Source: Myxococcales bacterium (GTDB lineage Bacteria > Myxococcota_A > Polyangia > Fen-1088). Taken from it: a DNA stretch of 52,528 nt. The stretch lies in the NCBI GenBank assembly GCA_043754455.1, contig JAYUUT010000162.1, forward strand, positions 1 to 52,528. The letters are read 5' to 3'. The position numbers and the translations under genes are program-made. Of this stretch, positions 1-10,611 are shown piece by piece; the stretch's first letter is position 1, and every line of letters starts with the position of its first letter. The notes below the pieces were generated by a model. It saw only the letters and a program-made list of their open reading frames with translations, did not search any database and was not told where the DNA came from.

Positions 1-943
1 ATAACAAAGACCACCATTTGCGGGACCGACCTGCATATTCTGCGCGGCGATGTACCAAGTTGTCATCCCGGTCGAATCCTTGGCCATGAGGGTGTAGGTT
101 ATTGACAAGGCGGGGGAAGCGGTCGCGGCTTTTAAACAAGGCGACCGGGTCGTGGTCTCCTGCATTAGTTCCTGTGGGAAATGCGACTATTGCCGCAAAC
201 TCATGTACTCGCACTGCACAACGGGCGGATGGATACTCGGCAATCGCATCGACGGAACGCAGGCCGAGTTCGTCCGCATTCCCCATGCCGATACAAGCCT
301 TTACCCCATTCCTGCGGGCGTGGACGAGGAGACACTGGTGATGCTGAGCGACATTTTCCCCACTGGTTTCGAGTGCGGCGTGCTCAACGGCAAGGTTCAG
401 CCTGGCAACTCTGTGGCGATCATAGGCGCGGGCCCCATTGGGCTGGCCACGCTGCTTACGGCGCAACTTTACTCTCCTTCGAAGATCATTGTGGTCGATG
501 TAGACGACCATCGCCTTGAAGTCGCAAAACGTTTGGGGGCTACCACGGTCATTAATAGTACCGACGGCAAGGCCCGTGAGGGGGTCATGAAAGTTACGGG
601 CGATCGCGGGGTCGACGCAGCTATAGAAGCGGTAGGCATTCCCGCGACTTTCGAGCTGTGCGAACATATCGTCGCGCCGGGCGGTACCATCGCCAACATC
701 GGCGTCCATGGAACGAAAGTAGATCTGCATCTTCAGTTACTGTGGGATCGAAACGTTACCATTACGACACGGCTGGTCGACACCGTCAGCACGCCTATGC
801 TCCTTAACTGCCTTCGATCCGACAAGCTTGATCCGAGCCAACTCATCACACATCACTTTCACTTTGACCGTATCCTCGACGCTTATGAAACCTTCGCGAA
901 CGCGGCCACGACACGTGCGCTTAAAGCGATCATCGCGGCTTAG
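1..943 (+). pseudogene. Zn-dependent medium-chain (MDR) alcohol dehydrogenase; 5' end off-window; reading frame broken at nt 98-105
   Basis: Frame 1 (nt 1-102) reads ITKTTICGTDLHILRGDVPSCHPGRILGHEGVGY, then TGA at 103-105. The expected continuation VIDKAGEAVAAFKQGDRVVVSCISSCGKCDYCR... is in frame 2, open from nt 98 (TAG at 95-97), and runs to the stop at 941-943. It has the GHEGVG catalytic-Zn motif, the Cys-cluster structural-Zn motif and the IIGAGPIGL Rossmann motif. This could be a true frameshift or a sequencing error. Confidence 0.65.
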
Positions 944-1142
944 GATGCAGTTGGCAGGGATCCTCCTGTCGAAGAGCAGTCCTTGCCCGGATACCCGGCA
1001 AATGCCCTGACCGAAACTCGGCCATGCTTTGCACGCTCGCCTCACGGTCGTTGGCCCCGCACGGCGCCGTCGTAGATGCCACCGAAAAAGATGTCGATGC
1101 CTTGGTCGTTGGTATCATGCTCCTACGACCCGCGAAAATGAT

Positions 1143-2147
1143 TTAGCCTAGTCTCACAACCATTTTTCCGTCGTTTTTTCCATGGAATAGCCCGATGAAA
1201 GCGTTCACCGCTGCCTCTAGTCCTTCGGCGACGGTTTCTCGGTTTTGCAGTTGTCCCGCTCGAAAATATCCCCCAACCTCTGCTTCAAATTCCTCCTGTC
1301 GTTCTAGCCAATCGCCGACGATCATGCCTTTCATCGTGAGTCGCTTGCCGACGATGTTCATCAAATTTGATGGCCCGGGCAGCGGCGCCTTTTCGTTGTA
1401 ACCAGCGACGGCGCCGCACGCGATGATACGACCGTGGAGACGAAGGACCGACAACGCCGCTTCGAGAAACTCCCCGCCGACGTTGTCAAAGTACACATCA
1501 ATCCCATCCGGCGCCGCGCGCTTGAGCTGTTCCAAGAGGGGTCCGCTTTTGTAATTGAATGCCACATCAAAGCCACATTCTTTAAGGAGGGAATCAACTT
1601 TTTCGTTCGAACCTGCGGATCCGATCACACGACATTCGCGCAACTTCGCCAGTTGGCCGGCCATGTTGCCGACGGCCCCTGCTGCTCCAGAAATGTAGAT
1701 GACGTCCCCTGCCTTAACGTCGACCAAATTTAGTCCAACCCATGCCGTCAGCCCCGTCATACCCAAGGCCCCAAGACGAATGGAGAGAGGCTGAAACTCA
1801 CGATTGAGAAGCCGCAATGCCGACGATGGCGCTGCAAACGATTCCCGCCACCCAAACTTCGAAAACACCACGTCGCCTTGATTGAAGCCGTGCGCGCGCG
1901 TTTCGACCACTTCCCCAACGGCCCCACCTTCAAGGGGTTGACCGACTTCAAAGGGTGGAACGTACGATTGACCCTCATTCATGCGTCCTCTCATGTAGGG
2001 ATCGACCGACATGAAGAGATTGCGCACCAAAACCTCATGGGCTCGCAACGGTAGGATTTCTGCGGTCTGAAGCACAAAATTCTCAGGCGTTGGCAAACCC
2101 TTTGGACGAGAAGCAAGGCAAATCTGGCGGGCTGTGGTCTGTTTCAT
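1143..2147 (-). CDS. NADP-dependent oxidoreductase, MDR superfamily (YncB/CurA/PTGR1-like enone reductase)
   Basis: ORF 1143..2333. The family-like body begins at MKQTTARQICLASRPKGLPTPENF (ATG at 2147). It has the ISGAAGAVGNMAGQLAK dinucleotide-binding motif. The 62 upstream codons are Arg/Trp-rich and look non-coding. Confidence 0.85.
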   Translation of the reverse strand: MKQTTARQICLASRPKGLPTPENFVLQTAEILPLRAHEVLVRNLFMSVDPYMRGRMNEGQSYVPPFEVGQPLEGGAVGEVVETRAHGFNQGDVVFSKFGWRESFAAPSSALRLLNREFQPLSIRLGALGMTGLTAWVGLNLVDVKAGDVIYISGAAGAVGNMAGQLAKLRECRVIGSAGSNEKVDSLLKECGFDVAFNYKSGPLLEQLKRAAPDGIDVYFDNVGGEFLEAALSVLRLHGRIIACGAVAGYNEKAPLPGPSNLMNIVGKRLTMKGMIVGDWLERQEEFEAEVGGYFRAGQLQNRETVAEGLEAAVNAFIGLFHGKNDGKMVVRLG

Positions 2148-2362
2148 TCGAAAATAATGATGCAGATCCTGGGCCAAGCGAGTCTCAACCCGGCGGGTCG
2201 GTGATTCGCCATCGATCGGCGCCTTATTTGACGGACCGCCGGGCCGCACGGTGCACGATCGCACCCCCCAAAACCAGATGTGAAAGTGTCGGTTCACCCG
2301 CAGGTCAGAACTGGCCCGCTGTATCGTCGTCACCGCCCCGCTTTGCCCCAGGTGCTTTCCAG

Positions 2363-2896
2363 TTAGTTTGACCAGCCGCTTTGTCCGTCATCTACCTCGC
2401 CACCACCACTGTCCGCTTCAGGTGGTGAACGCGCGCACGCGGCCTTCGGGCCGAAGGGGGGCAGCCCCATCGCCGCCAGTATTTTCTTGATCACGGCTTC
2501 TGTCCTCACAAGCACGATAGGCCGCATCTCTCCCTGGCAACTAGGACACACGATGTCGATGCCGAACGTCCTTTTCAGAAATTCACGCCGCGGGATGTAC
2601 TTGCTTCCCCTCCCGCCTTGGTCCGCCTTTGGCTGGGGTGCTGCCTCGGCCGGCACCGACGCGTCTTCCCCGATGGTCGGCACGATTTGTTTGCGTGTGC
2701 GATGACAAGATCCCGAAATTCCGCACCACAGGCCGTTTCGACGGCGGCATGATCGCGCGGCGACCGGTCGAAGGACCGCCTGTAATCCACATGGGGCGGC
2801 CTGCGGAACCGCTCCCGGTACGATTCTGCCCCCGGTGTGATGGTCGAGGTGTCTTCGAGGGTCGTTCTGCTGTGGGCAAGGCAGCCGAGCACCCAA
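2363..2896 (-). mobile_element. IS91-family-like (HUH Y2) transposase C-terminal remnant
   Basis: The tail KYIPRREFLKRTFGIDIVCPSCQGEMRPIVLVRTEAVIKKILAAMGLPP matches, from memory, the conserved C-terminus of IS91-type transposases (AELLKRVF-IDVL-CP-CGG-MR-IA-I-P-VI-KIL-HLGLP). There is no catalytic N-terminal half and no recognisable element ends. The upstream part of the ORF is Arg/Cys-rich and degraded. Confidence 0.45.
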
Positions 2897-3063
2897 AGCT
2901 ACTACGCTACCGTCACCCGCGCGAAACGGTCATTACGCGCTAACGGTCGCCATTCGGCCCCAGTAGACCGCGATTTCGAGCTCGTCCACGCGGGCATAGC
3001 GGTCGCATTAGCATATCCACATGGGTATCTCACCGGGAAGTTCGACGCCGCAGTATTCCTTGA

Positions 3064-3702
3064 AGGCAAGGCGTTCAAGCCGGATGGCGTAAGGGCGCGA
3101 CGCTGATTCCGCCCGTATTCGGGCTGGCCGGCGTGAACCTGCACACCTGGACCGGATGGGGAGGTGTCGCACCCTGGAACGCATTCGTCGCGAAGTTGGA
3201 AAGGCACGGACAGGGCTCCTTCTACGATCCCCGTCTAAACGCCAAGACGGCTGACGGAACCCCCCGGTTCCCGATCGCGGTGAAGGCTGGCTTCGCAAAT
3301 GTTCGGAACGACCCCGACCTCGTGACGCCGAAGTTGGCCAACCTCCACATCTATCAGCTTGCCATTGCGGCACCGACGGCAGCGGCAGGCAGCTTCGATG
3401 CAACGGCGGCGGTACGCGGTCGGTTGGTATTCAAAGGAACGGGGAAGTGCGCGGGCTGTCACGTCCCGCCACTTTTCACAGAGCCCGGGTGGAACATGCA
3501 CGCCGCCGCCAAAATCGGCATCGACGATTTTCAGGCGAAACGCTCGCCTGATAGGGCCTACCGGACATCGCCACTCAAAGGTCTGTTTGCCCACCTGAAG
3601 GGCGGCTTTTATCATGACGGCCGCTTCGCCACACTGGGCGCCGAGGTGAACCAATACGACGCATTCTTCAAACTCGCGCCCCAGATCGGCCACTGGCCTT
3701 AG
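3064..3702 (+). pseudogene. C-terminal fragment of a c-type cytochrome (cytochrome-c-peroxidase-like, single CxxCH seen)
   Basis: The frame is open from 3064; the ORF track starts it at GTG 3133. It has the haem-binding motif GKCAGCHVPPLFTEPGW followed by YRTSPLKGLF and FYHDGRFATL, typical of CCP/MauG-like C-terminal domains. There is no signal peptide or N-terminal domain. A protein-like stretch in another frame (2837..3106, ...GKFDAAVFLEGKAFKPDG) may be the displaced upstream part. Confidence 0.45.
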
Positions 3703-3725
3703 AAACCGGGCACGAATACGGCGCC

Positions 3726-4019
3726 TCAGCCCTCGTAGTCGACTGCCGCGGCGTCAGTTATCAGACTGTGGATGAAATCCGCGACCGGGTTATGGGCCGG
3801 ATGATTCGAATAGGTCTCAAAATCCCCACGTGAATCAAAGCGGGCAATAAACGACATATCGAAAGACCGTGGGGTTTTCAGAATGTCGATCCCGACTTCA
3901 GCGTGTTTAAGTTGTGGGATCTTTTCCTGCAACGACAACAAAGCGTCGCGCACCCGCGAGATATCCGCCTGATTTTTCACTTTCAAGAAAATAATGTGAT
4001 TGAACATGATTGCTTTCAT
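3726..4019 (-). CDS. Dabb (stress-responsive alpha/beta-barrel) family protein
   Basis: 97 aa: FNHIIFLKVKNQADISRVRDALLSLQEKIPQLKHAEVGIDI...FDSRGDFETYSNHPAHNPVADF. The size and pattern are typical of a Dabb domain. Confidence 0.8.
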   Translation of the reverse strand: MKAIMFNHIIFLKVKNQADISRVRDALLSLQEKIPQLKHAEVGIDILKTPRSFDMSFIARFDSRGDFETYSNHPAHNPVADFIHSLITDAAAVDYEG

Positions 4020-4131
4020 ACAGAAACTGGGGCCCGCCGTCCTTACATTTGAATGCGTTCCATGACTGAACCTTCGTACAGCAGTTGATGCAAAAACTGG
4101 ACGCCGCCTCCCAAGGGGCGATCTTCGATGG

Positions 4132-5229
4132 GTGAACGTCGAGTACGACGATGCCTCCCGCAGAGGCGTAATGCACCGGCGCCGGTCGAACCGGCGATCG
4201 GGAGCTGATCGATTGCCCCGGCTTGTCCGCTTGAAACTGGGGTTGCTGGCTTTTGCGGGCAGGGTGTGGCGCGTGACGAAGGTGGCGGGGCTCGTTTCGG
4301 GCGCAGCCGGACTGGTCCTGGCGGTTTTCTTGGGTGCTCAGAAGGGTTACGCCCACGTTCTTACGTCCCCACACTTTTCGCTAAGCACCGTTTCAATTTC
4401 AACCGGGCCTCGGTTGAACCGGATCGACATTTTGAATCTATCAGGGGTGACGATCGGCGATCCACTTCTGCAAATCGACGCCGACGCGGTCGCCGCGCGC
4501 ATCGCACGGCACCCCTGGACTGCAACTGTGCGGGTGCAGCGGCAATTGCCGTCATCGCTTGTCATTGACGTCAGTGAACGGAAGGCGGCGGCTGTGGTGG
4601 CGCTAGGCGCGCTTTACCTAATTGACGAAGCCGGGCGCCCCTTCAAACGTGCCACCATGGAAGAGGCCGACGGGTTGGTCGTGCTGACCGGCATTGATCG
4701 CGCAACGTATGTCGATGCCCAGGGCGCAGCCGAAGGCGCGTTTCGCGAAGCCCTCACGGTTCTGGGGTCCTGGCGCACCCGGGGCGCCTTTGACCGGCCC
4801 GAAGCCGGCGAAATGCATATCCATTCCCGCTACGGCTTCACCTTGTTTTTCTTCGAGGGAGGCGCCGAGATCCGACTGGGTCGTGGGCGATATGATGAAA
4901 AATTGGCGCAGTTGGACCGGATCCTCGAAGCTGTTAGCGTCGGGGGACGGGGTGGGCTCGGGCGCTTGCGGCTCGTGCATCTGGATGGGGGCCTTGGCGG
5001 TCTGGTGCCGGTGTCGATGGACCCGGACCCTATCGAAGAGGCGGCGGCGGCGGCAGCGGCGGACACCGAACGGGCTCGACTAAAAACAGTGGCAAAAGAA
5101 CGATTTCTCAAAGAACAGGCCCGCGCCAACGCTCGGGCGGCAAAAGCTGCGGGCGGCGTTTCGCCGTCGCAAGCTGGCGCCCCAGACAATTTGCTGGTCA
5201 ACACGCACCAGCCCCAACCCATCGACTGA
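4132..5229 (+). CDS. ftsQ: Cell division protein FtsQ (POTRA domain), with long Ala/Lys-rich C-terminal tail
   Basis: Basic N-terminus, one TM helix (VAGLVSGAAGLVLAVFLGA), POTRA-like FSLSTVSISTGPRLNRIDILNLSGVTIGDPLLQIDADAVAARIARHPWTATVRVQRQLPSSLVIDVSERK. It sits immediately upstream of ftsA-ftsZ. The start is uncertain (GTG 4132 or ATG 4171). Confidence 0.8.
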   Translation: MNVEYDDASRRGVMHRRRSNRRSGADRLPRLVRLKLGLLAFAGRVWRVTKVAGLVSGAAGLVLAVFLGAQKGYAHVLTSPHFSLSTVSISTGPRLNRIDILNLSGVTIGDPLLQIDADAVAARIARHPWTATVRVQRQLPSSLVIDVSERKAAAVVALGALYLIDEAGRPFKRATMEEADGLVVLTGIDRATYVDAQGAAEGAFREALTVLGSWRTRGAFDRPEAGEMHIHSRYGFTLFFFEGGAEIRLGRGRYDEKLAQLDRILEAVSVGGRGGLGRLRLVHLDGGLGGLVPVSMDPDPIEEAAAAAAADTERARLKTVAKERFLKEQARANARAAKAAGGVSPSQAGAPDNLLVNTHQPQPID

Positions 5230-5249
5230 CAGAAAACGGAGACAGGGAC

Positions 5250-6476
5250 ATGGCCAAGCGCAGCTCGGACATCATCGTGGGTCTGGACATCGGCACGACC
5301 AAAATCGCGTGTGTGGTGGCCGAAATCACCGAAGAAGGCCTCGACGTCATCGGGGTCGGCACCCATTTATCGCGCGGGCTGAAAAAGGGCGTGATCGTCA
5401 ACATTGATTCCACGGTCGCCGCTATCAAACAGGCGGTCGCAGAAGCCGAAAGCATGTCCGGCTGTGAAATCTCACAGGTCTACGTCGGCATCGCTGGCGG
5501 CCACATCAAGGGCGTCAATTCAACCGGAACCGTCGCCATCAAGGACAAGGAAGTGCGCAATGCCGACGTGGCCAAGGTCCTAGACCTAGCCCGCGCCATC
5601 GCGCTGCCGGTAGATCGGCATATCGTCCATGCGCTGCCGCAGGAATATAAGATCGACGGCCAAGACGGTGTGCGCGAACCGCTGGGCATGTGTGGGGTGC
5701 GGCTGGAGTCCCGGGTTCACATCGTAACCGCCGCCGCCGCCGCGACCCAGAACATCATTAAATGTTGCCATCGTTGTGATCTAGAAGTCCTAGACATCGT
5801 GCTTGAACCCCTGGCATCAGGCGAGGCGGTTCTCGAAGAAGACGAAAAAGGCCTGGGGGTGGCCCTTGTCGACATCGGCGGCGGAACCACTGACATTGCC
5901 GTTTTCACTGATGGGTCGGTCGCCCACACCAGCGTCATCCCCATCGGGGGGTTCCAGTTGACCAGCGACATCGCTTACGGGCTGCGCACACCCCCCCACG
6001 AAGCTGAAAAGATCAAGCACAAGTCCGGATGTGCCCTAGCCAGCATGGTGGGTGAAGAAGAAACCATCGAAGTGGCGTCGGTGGGCGGCCGCCCCGCCCG
6101 CATTCTGTCCCGCCAGATGTTGTGCCGCGACATCGTACAGCCCCGCGTCGAAGAGATTTTTTCCTTGGTGAAGGCAGAAATCGCCCGCCTGGGATGTGAA
6201 GATCTTTTGGCTTCCGGAGCGGTCATCACAGGTGGCGCCACGCACCTTCCGGGCATGGCAGAGCTAGCTGAAGAGATCTTAGGGATACCTGTAAGGCTTG
6301 GCATTCCCAAGGGCGTCGGTGGACTGGCCGAAGTGGTCAAATCCCCGGCGTATGCAACGGGCGTGGGGCTGGTTCTGTACGGCGGTCGGCGCCAGCACGA
6401 ACTGGATTCGGTGGCGGAAAAGACGCGACCGGGGTTGTGGGGACGCTTCCGTAGGGCGCTTTCGAGCGCATTTTAG
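5250..6476 (+). CDS. ftsA: Cell division protein FtsA
   Basis: Actin-like ATPase: [30 protein letters not shown], and position between ftsQ and ftsZ. Confidence 0.95.
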   Translation: MAKRSSDIIVGLDIGTTKIACVVAEITEEGLDVIGVGTHLSRGLKKGVIVNIDSTVAAIKQAVAEAESMSGCEISQVYVGIAGGHIKGVNSTGTVAIKDKEVRNADVAKVLDLARAIALPVDRHIVHALPQEYKIDGQDGVREPLGMCGVRLESRVHIVTAAAAATQNIIKCCHRCDLEVLDIVLEPLASGEAVLEEDEKGLGVALVDIGGGTTDIAVFTDGSVAHTSVIPIGGFQLTSDIAYGLRTPPHEAEKIKHKSGCALASMVGEEETIEVASVGGRPARILSRQMLCRDIVQPRVEEIFSLVKAEIARLGCEDLLASGAVITGGATHLPGMAELAEEILGIPVRLGIPKGVGGLAEVVKSPAYATGVGLVLYGGRRQHELDSVAEKTRPGLWGRFRRALSSAF

Positions 6477-6546
6477 CAAAAAATCATTCAAAAATTGGCG
6501 CAGGCCTTCGGGACGTGCGACCAATTGTGACGAGAGGGAGAACAAG

Positions 6547-8001
6547 ATGCTCGAATTCGCTGACGAGAACCCCGGCCCGAAGATCAAGGTCATCGGTGTG
6601 GGCGGCGGAGGCGGGAACTCCGTCAACACCATGATCGATGGTGGGGTGCAGGGCGTGGACTTCATTGCGGCCAACACGGACGCGCAGGTGATGGACACGA
6701 ACCTGGCCGCCATTAAGGTGCAGATCGGACGTAACCTAACCCGGGGACTGGGCGCGGGCGCCAATCCGGAAATCGGCGCTGCGGCCGCCATCGAGGACGC
6801 CGCCCGACTGGGCGAGGTTCTTCGGGGTGCGGATATGGTCTTCGTGACCGCCGGCATGGGCGGCGGCACCGGCACGGGGGCCGCGCCGGTCATTGCGCAG
6901 GTGGCGCGAGATCTGGGTGCACTAACCGTGGGCGTTGTGACAAAACCTTTCGTGTTCGAAGGCATGCAGCGGAAGAAAAAGGCCGCCGCGGGCATCGAGG
7001 CCCTGAGCAAAGCGGTCGACGCGCTCATCGTGATCCCCAACGATCGCCTTGTGGCCCTCGCGGGGAACAAGATGACGCTGAGCGAATCGTTCCGCATCGT
7101 GGACGCCGTGTGCCTAAACGCTGTGCGCGGCATCAGCGACCTCGTGATGGTGCCTGGCCTGATCAACGTAGATTTTGCTGACGTGCGCACCATCATGACG
7201 GGCCAGGGACGCGCCCTGATGGGCACCGGGCGCGGCACCGGTGAAAAACGAGCGATTGACGCCGCCCAGGCCGCCATCAATTCCCCCTTGCTAGAAGATG
7301 TGTCGATAAACGGTGCCACCGGTATTTTGGTGAACATCACGGGCGGGCCCGATTTGACCCTGTCCGAGGTAAACGAGGCCTGCGGATTGATTCAGGAGGC
7401 CGCCGATCCCGACGCCAATATCATCTTTGGATCGGTTATCGATCCAAACCTGACCGATGAAGTTCGCATCACCGTCATCGCGACCGGATTTCACAACCGC
7501 GCCATCGCCGAGGCGCAGCCGCCGCTTGGTCGTCAGACGGGACGGGGATCGGCCTTGCAACAAATGGCGTTCCCCATGTCCGGGCCGCCGATGACCTCAT
7601 CGCCCGCGCCGATGGCCGTGGCCCAGGCGGTTCCCCCAACGGAGCCCACGGACTACGCTGAGGTTGCCACCGAACCGTACCCCACGGGCGGCCTTTGGGC
7701 GCAGCCCATGACCCGGGTGCCCGTCGCCACAATGACCGCTCCGTATGGGGTTGCCGGGGCCGCACAAGTGTCAGATTGGCAAAATCAAGTACCCAGCGAA
7801 CGGCCTGTGATTCGGCCCGCCGTGCTGTCTCCCATGACCCCACCGCCTAGTGCCCCCATGACCGCCCGCCGAACCCCGCCGCCCGGCGCCGCGTTCGAAG
7901 ATTTGGGGATCGAGGACAGCGAACTTGACTCCCCTACGTTCATGCGCAGGCGCAGCGAAGGCCTGCCTGCCGTGGGCTACCGGCTGCCTGGCGACAAATA
8001 G
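6547..8001 (+). CDS. ftsZ: Cell division GTPase FtsZ
   Basis: The true start is ATG 6547 ([29 protein letters not shown]) behind a GAGGGAG RBS. It has the tubulin signature [13 protein letters not shown], a Pro-rich linker and the C-terminal peptide [10 protein letters not shown]. The longer ORF from 6298 overlaps ftsA and is rejected. Confidence 0.95.
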   Translation: MLEFADENPGPKIKVIGVGGGGGNSVNTMIDGGVQGVDFIAANTDAQVMDTNLAAIKVQIGRNLTRGLGAGANPEIGAAAAIEDAARLGEVLRGADMVFVTAGMGGGTGTGAAPVIAQVARDLGALTVGVVTKPFVFEGMQRKKKAAAGIEALSKAVDALIVIPNDRLVALAGNKMTLSESFRIVDAVCLNAVRGISDLVMVPGLINVDFADVRTIMTGQGRALMGTGRGTGEKRAIDAAQAAINSPLLEDVSINGATGILVNITGGPDLTLSEVNEACGLIQEAADPDANIIFGSVIDPNLTDEVRITVIATGFHNRAIAEAQPPLGRQTGRGSALQQMAFPMSGPPMTSSPAPMAVAQAVPPTEPTDYAEVATEPYPTGGLWAQPMTRVPVATMTAPYGVAGAAQVSDWQNQVPSERPVIRPAVLSPMTPPPSAPMTARRTPPPGAAFEDLGIEDSELDSPTFMRRRSEGLPAVGYRLPGDK

Positions 8002-10199
8002 CCATCGGCGGCTAACAGCTCACGAACCCGACCGTGCAGCGCCTGGAGCGAAAACGGCTTGGCTAGGAAGTTTGCTGATTCCTGCGACAAGGCCTCACGA
8101 ATCGACTCGTCTTCCTGATAGCCAGAGATGAATAGGGCCGAGATCTGGTGGCGCTGCTGTCGGATCAGCGCCACCGCGTCCCGCCCTCCAAGGCGAGGCA
8201 TAGTGACGTCGCAAACAATCAGGGCGATGCGCCCTGCAAAGGCCCGGGCGCATTCAACAGCCTCTAATCCGTCGGCGGCTTGCAGGACCGTATAGCCCTG
8301 CTCGCCCAGCGACATGACCAAGAGGGCCCGCACGTCGGGGTCGTCTTCGACCACAAGCAACGTTTCACTGCCACGCGCGGCCGCCAGCGGTGCCAGCGAT
8401 TCGGGCGTTGGCAGCACCGGACCGTCGGTCACCGGCAGGTACAATTCGAATCGGGTCCCAGCCCCAGGCGCGCTGTCGACCAGGATGGCGCCGCCAGCCG
8501 TTTCAATAATTCCATAGGTGGTCGCCAACCCCAACCCTGTCCCCTGATCAGGGCCTTTGGTCGTGAAAAATGGCTCGAAAATGCGGGCCTTCACCGCCTC
8601 CGACATGCCAATCCCCGTGTCCTGCACCGTCAAACAGACAAAAACACTTCCCGTGCGCCGATCCCCCATCGCCCGGACGGTCGCTTCACGGTCGGCTCGA
8701 CACAGACCAATGATCAAAATTCCCCCGGTCGGCATGGCATCACGGGCGTTGACAGCCAGATTCATGACCACCTGTTCAAACTGGCCCGGATCCATGCGCA
8801 CGGTCCCAGGATCCCCCTCGATCCGCAGTTGCACCGCGATGGCATCTCCAATTGCCCGCCTGATCAGCTTGTCAAGATCGGTCAGGCGTTCGGCGGGCGA
8901 GAAGATCCGCGCCTCAATCACCTGACGCCGTGCAAACGTCAGCAACTGCCGGGTCAAAGCCGCCGCACGCGCCGCCGCCTGGTCGATCAGATCGAGCGCG
9001 CGTTGCCCCGCTTCAGGCATATGGTCCCGCGCCGCAGACACGCCTCCGGTCACCACCGTCAGCATGTTGTTGAAATCGTGGGCAATGCCCCCGGCCAGGG
9101 TCGCCACCGTTTCCATCCGTTGGCTTTTTGCCAAGGCCTCATGGCTTTGGCGCAGTTCAGCCGTGCGTTCAGCAACCTTCTGTTCCAGATCCACTGACAG
9201 CGCCCTCACCTGCCGCAGCGAAAGGAACTGCCGCACCAAAATCAGGATGAACACGGCCCCCGCCAACCCAATGAACACGAGGTCACGCGACCCCGCCCCC
9301 AGCAGATGTTGAACCGAGATCGGTAGGCACACCAATGCGGGCAGATACGGCAACGCGTCCGTCATCGTGGGCGAACGCACGACAGCTCCTTGGGCGGCCT
9401 GACCCCCAGCCGCGACACGCGCAGGAAGCCAAGGGGCAACGGCGCTGGCCGTGTACGCCGCTAGCCCGAAGAGGTCAACCACGTGCCCCATGTAGTACCG
9501 GCCCTGCAACGCCAACACCGTCAGCAGCAAGGTGTTGACCGCTCCCAGCAATACGCCCAAGCCCACCATCCCGACAGGGCCTGCGTACAGGCTGGGCCGC
9601 CGGGCGCAGACGTACACGATAATCCCAAGATCAAAGGTGACCCCCACCCACGTGCCAATCGCTGCCGCCTTGGCCAAAGGCACGATTCCAGAGGCCGCCG
9701 TCAGATCCCCCAGGGCGAGGGCCCAGGAGATCATGAAGCAGGAAACACCAAAAATGGCGCCATCCAGAGCTGTCTGTCCACGAGGCGCCTTGGTTCCCGC
9801 GGTGCCAGGCCAGCCCAAACTTCCGATCGCCAGAAGAATCAAAACGGGGACATTGAACCAATCTCCCAGTGACGGATAGACAGGCGAAAACCTTGGATCG
9901 GGGTTAGCGGCAAGAGTTACAATGCCTCCGACAGCGACGAACACGCCAACGCCAGCCGTGACCCCAAGAATGCGAAAACCACGCGCGGCTGCCGGTTCGG
10001 CGCGCGCGCGGAGATAACATGACACGGCTCCAAAAACCGCAAAAGCCCCGGTGACCCCGTTAATCAGATAGGCCGACAAGCGCCCGTCGGGATGGGCCAC
10101 CGCCAGCAAGGCAACCACCACGACCACCAAACCAGCCACGCCCGCCAAGGCCCGACCAATCCGGGCCGATCCCAAATGAGGGGAAAGCGGCTGCATCAC
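7977..10199 (-). CDS. Hybrid sensor histidine kinase (polytopic membrane N-terminus, HisKA, HATPase_c, C-terminal receiver)
   Basis: About 330 aa of repeated hydrophobic helices. H-box [13 protein letters not shown] box [12 protein letters not shown] boxes DTGIGM and GTGLGLA. Receiver motifs [23 protein letters not shown]. The last 25 nt overlap the ftsZ 3' end on the opposite strand. Confidence 0.85.
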   Translation of the reverse strand: MMQPLSPHLGSARIGRALAGVAGLVVVVVALLAVAHPDGRLSAYLINGVTGAFAVFGAVSCYLRARAEPAAARGFRILGVTAGVGVFVAVGGIVTLAANPDPRFSPVYPSLGDWFNVPVLILLAIGSLGWPGTAGTKAPRGQTALDGAIFGVSCFMISWALALGDLTAASGIVPLAKAAAIGTWVGVTFDLGIIVYVCARRPSLYAGPVGMVGLGVLLGAVNTLLLTVLALQGRYYMGHVVDLFGLAAYTASAVAPWLPARVAAGGQAAQGAVVRSPTMTDALPYLPALVCLPISVQHLLGAGSRDLVFIGLAGAVFILILVRQFLSLRQVRALSVDLEQKVAERTAELRQSHEALAKSQRMETVATLAGGIAHDFNNMLTVVTGGVSAARDHMPEAGQRALDLIDQAAARAAALTRQLLTFARRQVIEARIFSPAERLTDLDKLIRRAIGDAIAVQLRIEGDPGTVRMDPGQFEQVVMNLAVNARDAMPTGGILIIGLCRADREATVRAMGDRRTGSVFVCLTVQDTGIGMSEAVKARIFEPFFTTKGPDQGTGLGLATTYGIIETAGGAILVDSAPGAGTRFELYLPVTDGPVLPTPESLAPLAAARGSETLLVVEDDPDVRALLVMSLGEQGYTVLQAADGLEAVECARAFAGRIALIVCDVTMPRLGGRDAVALIRQQRHQISALFISGYQEDESIREALSQESANFLAKPFSLQALHGRVRELLAADGYLSPGSR

Positions 10200-10283
10200 C
10201 GCAGATGATATATTTTTTTCGACCGATTACGTCATCAACGGGCCGGAATTGGTCCTGCACCCAGACACTTCGCACACCGCCAC

Positions 10284-10312
10284 TTGACGTGAGGCGCCCC
10301 GGACGCTAGCCC
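10284..10312 (+). promoter_or_regulatory. Candidate sigma70-type promoter giving a leaderless transcript for the 72-aa ORF
   Basis: TTGACG (10284-10289), 17-nt spacer, TAGCCC (10307-10312). ATG 10319 lies 7 nt after the -10 hexamer and there is no SD sequence (upstream is CCACCC). Confidence 0.3.
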
Positions 10313-10318
10313 CCACCC

Positions 10319-10537
10319 ATGAGCCGCGAAGAAGAGCTGAAGAACCCCGCCCTGTTCGACAACCGCGTCATTGATCGGCACATCAAGAAGGGGCTGACGA
10401 CCCGCAAGGATTTCGAGAAACACTTGAAGGCCCTTCCCGATGTCCGCGACAAGATTTGCCCCCCCGAAGAACGCAGCGGCGAGCTAACCGGGGTCGGCCC
10501 CGACCGCGACGACGCGCTCGAAGGCGATTCGAACTAA
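10319..10537 (+). CDS. Small hypothetical protein (72 aa)
   Basis: Balanced composition: MSREEELKNPALFDNRVIDRHIKKGLTTRKDFEKHLKALPDVRDK.... It is co-directional with the DUF1844 gene and clpB. I do not recognise a family. Confidence 0.5.
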   Translation: MSREEELKNPALFDNRVIDRHIKKGLTTRKDFEKHLKALPDVRDKICPPEERSGELTGVGPDRDDALEGDSN

Positions 10538-10611
10538 GCGCTGGAAAGTTCAGCCCCGGTCGCCGTATGGTTCCCCCCGGTGCGACCGAAGGGTCACATC
10601 GGAAGGAACCC

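Noticed and set aside
6298-6546. N-terminal extension of the ftsZ ORF
   Set aside because: It overlaps the ftsA 3' end. Its Trp/Arg-rich translation is implausible. ATG 6547 has a strong RBS and gives the canonical FtsZ N-terminus.
6279-7340. 353-aa minus-strand ORF antisense to ftsZ/ftsA
   Set aside because: Ala/Arg/Ser/Pro/Thr-rich low-complexity translation lying exactly opposite a well-supported gene. This is a typical shadow ORF of GC-rich DNA.
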